From positions 37,484 through 101,483 of the forward strand of contig JBAXLJ010000001.1 in the NCBI GenBank assembly GCA_037134915.1: a stretch of DNA of 64,000 bases. The letters run 5' to 3'. Below, one piece after another: positions 53,755 to 62,698 of the stretch. This DNA is from Candidatus Falkowbacteria bacterium. GTDB taxonomy: Bacteria > Patescibacteriota > Patescibacteriia > Patescibacteriales > UBA12465. How positions within the stretch are numbered: the first letter of the stretch is position 1; every line of letters starts with the position of its first letter. Made by a program: the position numbers and the translations under genes. Under the pieces are notes generated by a model. That model did no database searches. It saw only the letters and a list, made by a program, of their open reading frames with translations, and had not been told where the DNA came from.

Positions 53755-54306
53755 ATGGAGGAGAAAATGAGAAAAGTAAAAGTGATTGCTAAAACCCTGC
53801 AAATGGCCGAATGGGAGGTTAAAGAGGTTCTTGGTTTGCCGATTATGCAGTGTCACGTCAGCATGGAAGAGGCTATGAGTATTTATACTTCAGCCCCTGA
53901 CGGCAGCGAACTTGGCAGAGCGGCCCTACAAAGATTAAATGAGCTTTCTTTAGAAAAGATTAAAAAAGCTAAAACTCTTGAAGAAATTAAAGCGGCCCAC
54001 GACTCAGCCGTGTCCGGAAGCGAATCAGAAAAGATTGCTTTTGCTCTGTGGAGCCAAATGTCTTTAAAAGAGCTCGAGCAATCGGCCACTTTTGAGGAGG
54101 TAGTTAACACTTACACTTCGTCTCCGCCTAACAGCGAAGCCGAAACCGCCGCTCTTTTGAGGTGGGATAAACTTTCTTTGATAAGAATAGAGTATGCCGC
54201 TACCTTTGAGGAGGTAGTTTTCGCCTACAATTTTACACCACACGTTGGCGAATCTAGTAAGGCGGCCATTAAAAAAATGTATGACATGTTAACCAAGGAT
54301 AAATAA
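53755..54306 (+). CDS. Hypothetical helical-repeat protein (four repeats of about 38 aa)
   Basis: SD GGAG ends 6 nt before the ATG at 53755. Repeats follow the pattern T(F/L)EE(V/I)..(Y/H)....P..SE...AAL..W..LSL. The DNA segments 54081-54112 and 54201-54232 are clearly related. Confidence 0.6.
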   Translation: MEEKMRKVKVIAKTLQMAEWEVKEVLGLPIMQCHVSMEEAMSIYTSAPDGSELGRAALQRLNELSLEKIKKAKTLEEIKAAHDSAVSGSESEKIAFALWSQMSLKELEQSATFEEVVNTYTSSPPNSEAETAALLRWDKLSLIRIEYAATFEEVVFAYNFTPHVGESSKAAIKKMYDMLTKDK

Positions 54307-54445
54307 CTTTAAATGTTTGGGGCCTGATATAATATTCGGGCCCTTTTTCTTTTCTATTGCCAAAAATTAAAATATGTGTTAGTATCTAATGAATCCTTTA
54401 AATTTGAGGGGTTTTGTTTAGAAGTCGAACTTTAAAAAAATAATA

Positions 54446-55171
54446 ATGGAAAAAGAAAAGGAATTAGAGAGTGCAAACGTAACCGAACGTCAAAAGGTTA
54501 TTGAAAACTACGTCTCCAGCCTGAATCATGATTTGCGAAATCCAATAGCAGTGATGATGGGGTGTGCGGAGGCGGTTCTGAATGAAAAATTGTCACGGGA
54601 AGAAATTAAATATTTTCTTCAAGCCATTATGGACACCGGCGAACAAACACTTAAAATGATTGATAACTATCTCTTGCTTCACAAAGTTGAGAGCGGCAAA
54701 AAAATTGTAAGAGATGAACGGGCCGTGGTTTCCTTGGCGGATGAAATTAAAAAGATTTTTTTTGGGATAAAGAGTAATAAGAAATTATTAGTCAGTGTAA
54801 AAAATCCCGAGAATAATTCTTTGGATCCAGCTTGGCTTAAGAAATTTGTTTTAATTAATAAATCACTTTTTCTGTCGTTGGTCACAAATTTACTCAGAAA
54901 TGCTATCGAAGCTACCACCGAAGAAGGTGGTGAAATAAAAGTTGCCATTTACAAAGAGAAGGATAATTTATGTATTAGTTTTTCTAACTTCGGAACTATT
55001 TCTCCTGAAGTTCAGGAAAAATTATTTCAGAAATTTTCCACCAGCAAAAAACACGGTAACGGTTTAGGTCTCTATAGCGCTAGGCTAATTGCTAAAGCGC
55101 ACGATGGCGACCTGGTTTACCAGTCAATTCCCGATGGAACGAGGTTTATTGTGAAAATTCCTCTGGTTTAA
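54446..55171 (+). CDS. Soluble sensor-less histidine kinase (DHp plus HATPase core only)
   Basis: H-box LNHDLRNPIA, N-box LVTNLLRNAIEAT and G-box GNGLGLYSARLIAKAHDG. No TM or sensor domain, and no adjacent response regulator. Confidence 0.85.
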   Translation: MEKEKELESANVTERQKVIENYVSSLNHDLRNPIAVMMGCAEAVLNEKLSREEIKYFLQAIMDTGEQTLKMIDNYLLLHKVESGKKIVRDERAVVSLADEIKKIFFGIKSNKKLLVSVKNPENNSLDPAWLKKFVLINKSLFLSLVTNLLRNAIEATTEEGGEIKVAIYKEKDNLCISFSNFGTISPEVQEKLFQKFSTSKKHGNGLGLYSARLIAKAHDGDLVYQSIPDGTRFIVKIPLV

Positions 55172-55214
55172 CAATTAAGGGCCAGTCTAAAAAAGGCTGA
55201 CCCTATTTTTTATA

Positions 55215-55369
55215 GAAAAAACCCTCGGTGCCAAAGCAAACACCGAGGGTTTAAAAAAATCAATAATGAAATGAAGGTCTCAGTCTGTCCTGTCTTTCTC
55301 TTTATGAAAAAGATTTAAAGGATTTTGTTCAGCTCTTTTGAGATTATCTCTCAAGCTACGAGACTAACT
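55215..55369 (-). ncRNA. Candidate small RNA of about 155 nt (minus strand), class unknown
   Basis: The minus-strand promoter is TTGACA (complement of 55399-55404), 17 nt, then TAAACT (complement of 55376-55381). There is no ATG-initiated ORF. It ends at the hairpin CCCTCGGTG-N10-CACCGAGGG (55222-55249) followed by TTTTTT on the minus strand. Confidence 0.4.
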
Positions 55370-55484
55370 ACTTTTAGTTTACCAAGTATCTAATTCTTTG
55401 TCAAGTTTATTATTTGAGTGTTTTTTGTTAATAATTTAATAAATTAAACCGAGCTCACAATTAATGAGAGGACTCCTTTTACCA

Positions 55485-55513
55485 TTGACGAAACTAATAT
55501 TTTCCGCTATAAA
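55485..55513 (+). promoter_or_regulatory. Candidate promoter of the infC-rpmI-rplT-secG operon
   Basis: TTGACG (55485-55490), 17 nt, then TATAAA (55508-55513). Confidence 0.5.
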
Positions 55514-55600
55514 TAGAGAGTAAGAAACCCTATTTAATTTCAAATGACCCTTTAAAGGTCGTTTTTGGCTAGAACCCCCCGGTTTCGGCCCAAATAAAAA

Positions 55601-56155
55601 ATGAGAATAAAATTTCACAGAACTGAGGCTAAGGAAAAAATTTTTTTTAAGTCTAATTTACAAATCAAATCCCCACAGGTTTTTTTAATTGATGAAACCG
55701 GTGAAAGTATTGGTGTGATGGATACTGCTGAGGCGGTTGAAAGAGCCAAGGAACTAGATTTAGATTTAGTCGAAGTTAATCCTAAGGAAAATCCACCCGT
55801 GGCTAAAATTGTTGATCTAGGGCAACTTAAGTATGAGCGCGAAAAAAAGGCTCATAAGCAAAAGATGCAGCAAAAGAAAGTGGAAACTAAAGCGGTTCGT
55901 TTGTCTTTTAGAATTAGTGATCATGACACCGAGCTGCGCTTTAATCAATCGGTTAAGTTTTTAAGTAAAGGGGATAAATTAAAGGTAGAATTACTTTTAA
56001 AGGGGCGAGAAAAGCAATATCCTCAAAAAGCCGCCGAAATAATGAACGAATTTCTTAATAAATTAAAAGCCGTACCCGACTTTAATATTGAGCTCGAACA
56101 ACCCTTGACAAAACAAGGAGGAAGATTTACTATGATAGTAATCAATAAAAAGTAA
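55601..56155 (+). CDS. infC: Translation initiation factor IF-3 (start codon uncertain; alternative ATT at 55640)
   Basis: Motifs VFLIDETGESIGVM, LDLVEVNPKENPPVAKIVD and the C-terminal domain. Confidence 0.9.
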   Translation: MRIKFHRTEAKEKIFFKSNLQIKSPQVFLIDETGESIGVMDTAEAVERAKELDLDLVEVNPKENPPVAKIVDLGQLKYEREKKAHKQKMQQKKVETKAVRLSFRISDHDTELRFNQSVKFLSKGDKLKVELLLKGREKQYPQKAAEIMNEFLNKLKAVPDFNIELEQPLTKQGGRFTMIVINKK

Positions 56156-56200
56156 GGATATCGTGAAATCAGGTTTCAACCTGTTTTTTTCTTGAAAAGT

Positions 56201-56398
56201 ATGCCAAAAATAAAAACACATCAAGCCACTGCTAAACGTTTTAAAGTAACTGGCGGCAGTAAAGTAACCCAAAGAAAATCCGGGCAAGCTCACAATAATG
56301 CTCATGAATCTGGTAGTACAACTCGTTCCAAGAGACTCGATTTGTCGACCACCAAAACTTTGACCAAGACTGTTAAGACCTTGGCTCAATTCAACTAA
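56201..56398 (+). CDS. rpmI: 50S ribosomal protein L35
   Basis: MPKIKTHQATAKRFKVTGGSKV.... The track ORF begins at a TTG 9 nt upstream. Confidence 0.9.
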   Translation: MPKIKTHQATAKRFKVTGGSKVTQRKSGQAHNNAHESGSTTRSKRLDLSTTKTLTKTVKTLAQFN

Positions 56399-56421
56399 TC
56401 AAATTATCAATTTAGAAACTT

Positions 56422-56769
56422 ATGCCTAGAGTAAAACGAGGTACTTCTCACGTTAAAAGTAGAAAAAACCTTCTAAAAGATGTTAAAGGATATAAATGGG
56501 GCCGAAAAAAGTTAATTAAGTTAGCTAAAACAGCTCGAACTTTAGCTGGGGCTCATGCTTATGTTGATCGACATAAGAAAAAACGCGATATGCGCGCTTT
56601 ATGGCAGATTAGAATTGGCGCTTTTGTTCGCAGTTATGATTTATCATATTCTAAGTTTATGGGTTTGCTTCACGCCAACAATATTGAAATTGACCGTAAG
56701 GTCTTAGCGGAAATGGCAATTAACAACAAACCGGTATTAGCCAAGATAATCGAGAAAATAAAAAAATAA
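56422..56769 (+). CDS. rplT: 50S ribosomal protein L20
   Basis: MPRVKRGTSHVKSRKNLLKDVKGYKWGR. Confidence 0.95.
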   Translation: MPRVKRGTSHVKSRKNLLKDVKGYKWGRKKLIKLAKTARTLAGAHAYVDRHKKKRDMRALWQIRIGAFVRSYDLSYSKFMGLLHANNIEIDRKVLAEMAINNKPVLAKIIEKIKK

Positions 56770-56772
56770 TTT

Positions 56773-56985
56773 ATGACCTGGATTAAGATTGCGCAAGTTA
56801 TTGTTTCAGTATTACTTATTGTGGCGATTCTATTACAAAATCGCGGCACAGGATTAGGTTCGGCTTTCGGTGGTTCCGGCGGTGTCTATTTGACTAAACG
56901 CGGCCTTGAAAAAAAACTTTTTATAGCGACTATTGTGCTCGCAGTTATATTTTTTTCTCTATCATTTCTCGGCATTATTCTCTAA
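56773..56985 (+). CDS. secG: Preprotein translocase subunit SecG
   Basis: 70 aa with two TM helices and the motif LLQNRGTGLGSAFGGSG. Confidence 0.85.
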   Translation: MTWIKIAQVIVSVLLIVAILLQNRGTGLGSAFGGSGGVYLTKRGLEKKLFIATIVLAVIFFSLSFLGIIL

Positions 56986-56997
56986 ATTTTTGCCAAC

Positions 56998-58959
56998 GTG
57001 AACTCTCTTAAAACCAAAAAAGAATTACTGGCCGTCATGGGAAAAACCCGTAATCGTTTTTCTAAGTCTTTTGGAAAAATGATTAGTTTTTTGTCTAGAA
57101 AAAATAAACGTTTTAATTCAATCAGTTTAAATCAAGAGTTGGCTGATAAAAATTTAGTTTATACTCTGGCCTCTTCTAAAATTCCTTCTAGTGAACAGAT
57201 AAAACATTTAGATAAAACACTTTCTAAAAAGGAGAGCCTGGCTATTAAAATTTGTTTAGCGGTGGTTCTAATTAATATCGCTTACTTAGGGGTTCGTTTT
57301 TATAACCAGCATATTAGTATTACTCCGGTTTCCGGTGGTACATATAGCGAAGGCTTGATTGGTTATCCAAAAACAATTAATCCTCTTTATGATGTAAATC
57401 GCGACGTTGACAGTGATTTGTCAGCTCTTATTTATTCTCGTTTATTCACTTATGATGCCAGCGGACAGTTAGTTAGTGACCTGGCTGATAAAATAGAAAC
57501 TAGTGATAATAAAACTTTTATTATCACTTTGAAAAATAATGTTAAGTGGCATAGTGGTGAAGCGCTAACTGCTGATGATGTTATTTTTACTTTTCACCTA
57601 ATCACTAACCCTGATTATCGGTCACCACTACGCAAAAATTTCAGTTCAGTTAGTATTGAAAAAATTTCTGATTCCCAAGTTAAATTTACTTTAACCAATG
57701 CTTACGCAGCTTTTCCTTCTCTGCTTACTTTTGGGATTATGCCTCAGAGTGTTTGGGAAAATGTTTCGGCTGACTCTGCTAGTTTAACGGATCTTAATTT
57801 GCAACCAATTGGTTCTGGTCCTTATAAGTTCAGCTCTTTGCTTAAAAGTAAGCAAGGCGAACTTAAGGAGTATCGTTTAGTGGCTAATGATGATTACTAT
57901 GGCAAGAAGCCTTTTATTAAAAATATAACTTTTAAATTTTACCCAGACTCTAATGAGCTTATTTCGGCTTTAAATGATGGTAATATTCTGGGAATCGCTT
58001 ACCTATCTTTGGATCAAAAGTCATCCATTTTAGCACAGAATTCTTTGAATTTTAATTCACTTGATTCAGCCCAAGAAAATTTAATTTTTTTAAATTCAAC
58101 AAACAATAAAGAGCTATCTGATTTAGAGGTTAGACAAGCCTTAGCGTTGGCGGTTGATAAAAATACTATTGTTAAAGATATCTTTAATAATTTTTATAAG
58201 TTAATTGATGGACCTCTACCGCTTAGTTCTTTTGCTTACAGTAATCAGGTTGATAAATATGATTTTAATCCAGAACTAGCTAATTCGAAATTAGACGCCG
58301 CTGGCTGGTCTAAAATTGTGATAAATAGCGCTAATTTAACTAGCACCTCTTCCGAAGTCGAGGCGATTGTTGCTTTTGCTAGTTCAACTAGCGAAAAGAC
58401 GGATGGCATCTGGCGCTTTAAAAAAGATAAAAAAGGCAATGTTACTTTACTCACCATTAAGTTAAGCGCCGTTCAGGATAGCGACTCTTGGTTAGTGGCT
58501 GATAAAATTAAAAAATATTGGGAGGCGGTCGGCGTTCACACTAATTTAGACTCTGTAACCACAGATGAGATTAGTAATTTAATTTCTTCTAGGAGTTTCG
58601 AGGCTTTGGTCTTTAGTGAACTTTTAGGCGGTGATCCGGATATTTTTGCCTTCTGGCATTCTAGCCAGGTGGGAGATAAAGGTTTGAACATTGCTGGTTA
58701 TAAAAACGATAAAGTAGATAAGCTGCTAGAAAATGCTAGGGTCACAACTGATAGGGGTGAGCGAATTTCTAATTATGGTGAGGTTCAAAAAATTATTACC
58801 AGTGAACTGCCAGCAATTTTTCTTTACGAAAAAAACTATATATACGTGCAGAGTAAAAAAGTCAAAGGTTTTAGTGGCACGGCTATTATTCAGCCTAGCG
58901 ATCGTTTCGCGGGCATCGCTAATTGGTACCTAAAGTCTAAGAATAAATTTTCTTGGTAA
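56998..58959 (+). CDS. Family-5 (peptide/nickel, OppA-like) ABC substrate-binding protein, membrane-anchored, with no cognate permease or ATPase nearby
   Basis: GTG start. A TM segment lies at about aa 85-105, and an SBP_bac_5-like region follows (GGTYSEGLIGYPKTINPLY...). Confidence 0.75.
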   Translation: MNSLKTKKELLAVMGKTRNRFSKSFGKMISFLSRKNKRFNSISLNQELADKNLVYTLASSKIPSSEQIKHLDKTLSKKESLAIKICLAVVLINIAYLGVRFYNQHISITPVSGGTYSEGLIGYPKTINPLYDVNRDVDSDLSALIYSRLFTYDASGQLVSDLADKIETSDNKTFIITLKNNVKWHSGEALTADDVIFTFHLITNPDYRSPLRKNFSSVSIEKISDSQVKFTLTNAYAAFPSLLTFGIMPQSVWENVSADSASLTDLNLQPIGSGPYKFSSLLKSKQGELKEYRLVANDDYYGKKPFIKNITFKFYPDSNELISALNDGNILGIAYLSLDQKSSILAQNSLNFNSLDSAQENLIFLNSTNNKELSDLEVRQALALAVDKNTIVKDIFNNFYKLIDGPLPLSSFAYSNQVDKYDFNPELANSKLDAAGWSKIVINSANLTSTSSEVEAIVAFASSTSEKTDGIWRFKKDKKGNVTLLTIKLSAVQDSDSWLVADKIKKYWEAVGVHTNLDSVTTDEISNLISSRSFEALVFSELLGGDPDIFAFWHSSQVGDKGLNIAGYKNDKVDKLLENARVTTDRGERISNYGEVQKIITSELPAIFLYEKNYIYVQSKKVKGFSGTAIIQPSDRFAGIANWYLKSKNKFSW

Positions 58960-59079
58960 GGCTTGGCCGATTATTTTAAAATAACAAATTATCTCTCTAA
59001 CGATAAATTAATTAAGAATTTTTGTATTTAGGTTCGGCTGTTTTGGCTGATTATTTAAATCGCAAATTCTATTTCACAC

Positions 59080-61164
59080 ATGATAACTAAATACAAACCG
59101 AACTCGGCGTCTGCCAGTTCTTTTTCGTCTGGTAAAAAATCCAGCGAAGACGCGATCGTCTTTAAGCCTAGTCAATCTAGCTTTTTAGGGGGCCGCAAAG
59201 CCACATCAAATAATGTCTTAAATGATCCTTTAAATATTGACGCTCTTTTAAGCGCGGATAAAGAATTTTTAAGACAAGAGGGGCGGCCAATGGAAGCAAA
59301 AACTCCAGTTAGTCGACCTTTAGAAAGTAAGACCAGTGTTACTAAAAGTACTCCGGAAGTTAAAACTTCTTACAATAATCGAACCAGTAATTATCGCACG
59401 CCGCGAACAGGATCTTCAAACTCTTATCCTTTGGCTACTGGTGGGCGATCAAAACCAACCACGCAGGTTAATCAAGTTTTTTCCCAACAATCGAAGGATA
59501 ATAGTTTGCGAGTTATGGTTTTAGGCGGGCTTGAAGAAGTTGGCCGCAATATGACCGTCTTTGAATATAACAAAGAAATTATTATTATCGATATGGGCTT
59601 ACAATTTCCTGAAGAGGATATGCCTGGTATCGATTACATCATTCCTAATGTCACTTATTTACAAGATAAGAAAGATTGGATTAAAGGTGTGATTATTAGT
59701 CACGGCCACTATGATCATATCGGCGGTATCCCCCATATTATGGGCGAAATTGGTAACCCTCCGATGTTTATGGGTAAGCTTACGGCTGGCTTAGTTCGCC
59801 GCCGGAACATTGAATATAAGAGTGCCCCAACTTTAAAAATTAAAGAAATTGATGATACGACTAATTTAAAATTAGGCTCTTCTTTTAACTTAGAATTTTT
59901 AAGAGTTAATCATTCAATTCCTGATTGTTTTGCGACGGTTATTAAAACGCCAATGGGCACCATTGTTCATACCGGGGATTTTAAAATCGACTTTACGCCA
60001 GTTAATGATAAGCCGGCCGATTTAAATCGCATGGCTCAATTAGGAGCGGCCGGTATTAGACTCTTAATGTCCGATTCTACCGACGCCACTCATCCCGGCT
60101 ATCAGGTTTCGGAATCTTACATTGGTGAAGAAATGGGAAAATTGTTTGAAAAGATTGAGGGGCGGATTATTATCGGCACCTTTGCTTCACAGTTGTCCCG
60201 CGTCCAAAAGATTTTTGATTTAGCGGAGAAATATGGCCGTCGCGTTTCTCTTCAAGGACGTTCTATGACTTCTAATGTGGAAGTCGCTCACGAAATCGGT
60301 TACTTAAAGTTCAATCCAAAATTATTAATTGATGATAAAGAATTAAATAAATTACCGGATAATAAAGTGATGATTGTGGGCACCGGTGCTCAGGGCGAGA
60401 GTAACGCTTTTTTAAGCCGAGTCGTAAATGGTGAACACCGCGTAGTAACGATGAAGCAGGGCGATACCGTTTTATTTTCGTCTTCAGTTATTCCTGGTAA
60501 CGAGCGTTCCATTCAAAATTTAATGGATCGCGTAGTTCGCCAAGGAGCTAAAATTATTCATTATAGAATGTTAGATATTCACGCCGGCGGTCACGCTAAG
60601 GCGGAAGATTTGAAGTTGACCATGCGCTTATTTAAGCCGGAATATTTCATGCCGATTGAAGCCAATCATTATATGTTGCGCGCCCATGCGGAACTAGCTG
60701 AACAAGTTGGTATCCCTAAAAATAAAATTTTTGTGGCCGACAATGGCCAGGTGGTTGATTTTCGTCTAGTGGGCGGAAAAGTAGAAGGTACTTTAACTAA
60801 CGAAAAAGTACCGACCGATTATGTGATGGTTGACGGCCTAGGGGTCGGCGATGTGTCTGAGATTGTATTACGCGACCGCCGAATGATGTCCGAAGATGGT
60901 ATGATTGTGGTTATTGCGACGATTGACGCTCATACTGGGGATATAATTGGTAACCCGGATTTAATTTCTCGCGGCTTCGTTCACATGAAAGAAAATCGTG
61001 AACTAATTGAAAAGACACGCATGAGAGTTAAAAAAATTATTAAGGATAAGGTTCCAGCCGACGATGATTATATTAAGAACAAAATCAGAAATGATATTGG
61101 CCAATTCTTATTTACTCAAACCAAGCGCCGTCCGATGGTGCTGCCGGTAATTATTAAGGTTTAA
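59080..61164 (+). CDS. rnj: Ribonuclease J with an N-terminal low-complexity extension of about 140 aa
   Basis: The metallo-beta-lactamase motif is ISHGHYDHIGG. The core starts near LRVMVLGGLEEVGRNM (aa ~143). The N-terminus is Ser/Thr/Lys/Pro-rich. Confidence 0.9.
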   Translation: MITKYKPNSASASSFSSGKKSSEDAIVFKPSQSSFLGGRKATSNNVLNDPLNIDALLSADKEFLRQEGRPMEAKTPVSRPLESKTSVTKSTPEVKTSYNNRTSNYRTPRTGSSNSYPLATGGRSKPTTQVNQVFSQQSKDNSLRVMVLGGLEEVGRNMTVFEYNKEIIIIDMGLQFPEEDMPGIDYIIPNVTYLQDKKDWIKGVIISHGHYDHIGGIPHIMGEIGNPPMFMGKLTAGLVRRRNIEYKSAPTLKIKEIDDTTNLKLGSSFNLEFLRVNHSIPDCFATVIKTPMGTIVHTGDFKIDFTPVNDKPADLNRMAQLGAAGIRLLMSDSTDATHPGYQVSESYIGEEMGKLFEKIEGRIIIGTFASQLSRVQKIFDLAEKYGRRVSLQGRSMTSNVEVAHEIGYLKFNPKLLIDDKELNKLPDNKVMIVGTGAQGESNAFLSRVVNGEHRVVTMKQGDTVLFSSSVIPGNERSIQNLMDRVVRQGAKIIHYRMLDIHAGGHAKAEDLKLTMRLFKPEYFMPIEANHYMLRAHAELAEQVGIPKNKIFVADNGQVVDFRLVGGKVEGTLTNEKVPTDYVMVDGLGVGDVSEIVLRDRRMMSEDGMIVVIATIDAHTGDIIGNPDLISRGFVHMKENRELIEKTRMRVKKIIKDKVPADDDYIKNKIRNDIGQFLFTQTKRRPMVLPVIIKV

Positions 61165-61382
61165 TCGTTATTTATAAAAGACACTCGAAAGGGTGTCTTT
61201 TTTTGGTCCCTCTTGCCAAAATCATAAAATCCTGTATAATTAAATCAATTAAATAAAGGCTCAAAAAACTCCTTAGGTAATAAAAGTGAATTTATCACTT
61301 TCGGGCGCCTGAGGACTGGCTCGTAAGAGCTGGTTAAGACCGCTTTTTTTATTATCAAATTGAGAAAGTTGTCTCTAAAAAT

Positions 61383-62558
61383 ATGGAAAATGACTTCGGT
61401 AAATTATTAGAGAAGGATGACACTCGCATCCCTCAAACCGGTGACATCGTCAAAGGTGTTGTTATTACAGCTTCTAAATCAGAAGTAAAATTAGATATCG
61501 ACGGTATCTTAATGGGTATCGTTCGTGGTCCAGAACTTTATTCTGAAGTTCCTGAATTTGCTAACTTAAAGCCAGGTGATGAAATCGAGGCGGCTGTTAT
61601 CGATGAAGAAAACGAAAATGGAGAACTCGAATTATCTTTTAGAACTGTTGGTCAAGAAAAAGCTTGGAACAATTTACGTCAGGCTTTCAAAGACAAGTCG
61701 ACTATTAAAGTTAAAATTATTGACGCTAATAAGGGTGGTTTACTGGCTCGTTATTGCCAAATCAACGGTTTCTTACCAGTTTCACAATTGGCTCCTGATA
61801 ACTACCCAAGAATTAGCGGTGGCGACAAGAGCAAAATTTTAGAAAAATTAAAGAGCTTTGTTGGCATGGAATTTGAAACCAACGTCATGACTTTAAATGA
61901 AGAAGAGAATAAAATTATTTTCTCTGAAAAAGATGTTTGGAATCGTCGTCAAAAACCAACTCTTGATAAATACAAAGTTGGTATGTCAGTTGAAGGTAAA
62001 ATTACCGCGATTACAAACTTTGGTGTCTTCGTTAATTTTGACGATGGCATGGAAGGCTTAATCCATATCTCTGAGCTTGCTTGGCAGAGAATCGATTCTC
62101 CAAATGAACTTTACAAGGTAAATGATAAGATTAAAGCGGAAATTGTTAGTATTGATGGTTCTAAAATTTTCTTAAGTGCTAAGAAATTATTACAGGATCC
62201 TTGGTTAGAGGCTAGTGCTAAGTATAAGATTGGCCAGGTTGTTTCCGGTATTATTTTAAAGATTAATCCTTTTGGACTTTTTGTTAAATTGGATGAAGAG
62301 ATTCACGGTTTAGCTCACATCTCTCAGTTAGGTTTGACCACTAAGGATAAAATTGGTGATTTGTATCAGGCTAACGAAGTTCGTGATTTTGAAGTGGTAA
62401 ATATTTCACCATCAGAACATCGCTTGGGTTTAAAATTAGCTGGCGTTAAAGTCGCCGAGACAATTCCAGTTGAAGAGAAGAAAGAAGAAGTTAAAGAAGT
62501 AGCCGAAGAAAAGAAAGAGAAAGTGGTTAAGAAAAAAGCCACTAAAAAAGCTGAATAA
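61383..62558 (+). CDS. rpsA: 30S ribosomal protein S1 (four S1 domains, Lys/Glu-rich tail)
   Basis: Repeated S1 motifs (GDIVKGVV, GMSVEGKITAITNFGVFVNF, GQVVSGIILKINPFGLFVKL). Confidence 0.88.
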   Translation: MENDFGKLLEKDDTRIPQTGDIVKGVVITASKSEVKLDIDGILMGIVRGPELYSEVPEFANLKPGDEIEAAVIDEENENGELELSFRTVGQEKAWNNLRQAFKDKSTIKVKIIDANKGGLLARYCQINGFLPVSQLAPDNYPRISGGDKSKILEKLKSFVGMEFETNVMTLNEEENKIIFSEKDVWNRRQKPTLDKYKVGMSVEGKITAITNFGVFVNFDDGMEGLIHISELAWQRIDSPNELYKVNDKIKAEIVSIDGSKIFLSAKKLLQDPWLEASAKYKIGQVVSGIILKINPFGLFVKLDEEIHGLAHISQLGLTTKDKIGDLYQANEVRDFEVVNISPSEHRLGLKLAGVKVAETIPVEEKKEEVKEVAEEKKEKVVKKKATKKAE

Positions 62559-62576
62559 ATTTAGTTTCAGATAAAT

Positions 62577-62606
62577 AAAAAAAACTCCGGGTGACCGGAG
62601 TTTTTT
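62577..62606 (+). terminator. Intrinsic terminator after rpsA
   Basis: aaaaaaaACTCCGGgtgaCCGGAGTtttttg. Confidence 0.8.
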
Positions 62607-62698
62607 GTTTGGTGAGAAATTTAGCTGGTGTTTACAAAAATAAATATTTATGCTTGAATTTATTTAGTAACTGAACGTTAACAATTAAAATCAGATCT

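Noticed and set aside
55436-55618. 60-aa minus-strand ORF upstream of infC.
   Set aside because: It lies across the infC promoter and leader and overlaps the infC start, with no motif or SD.
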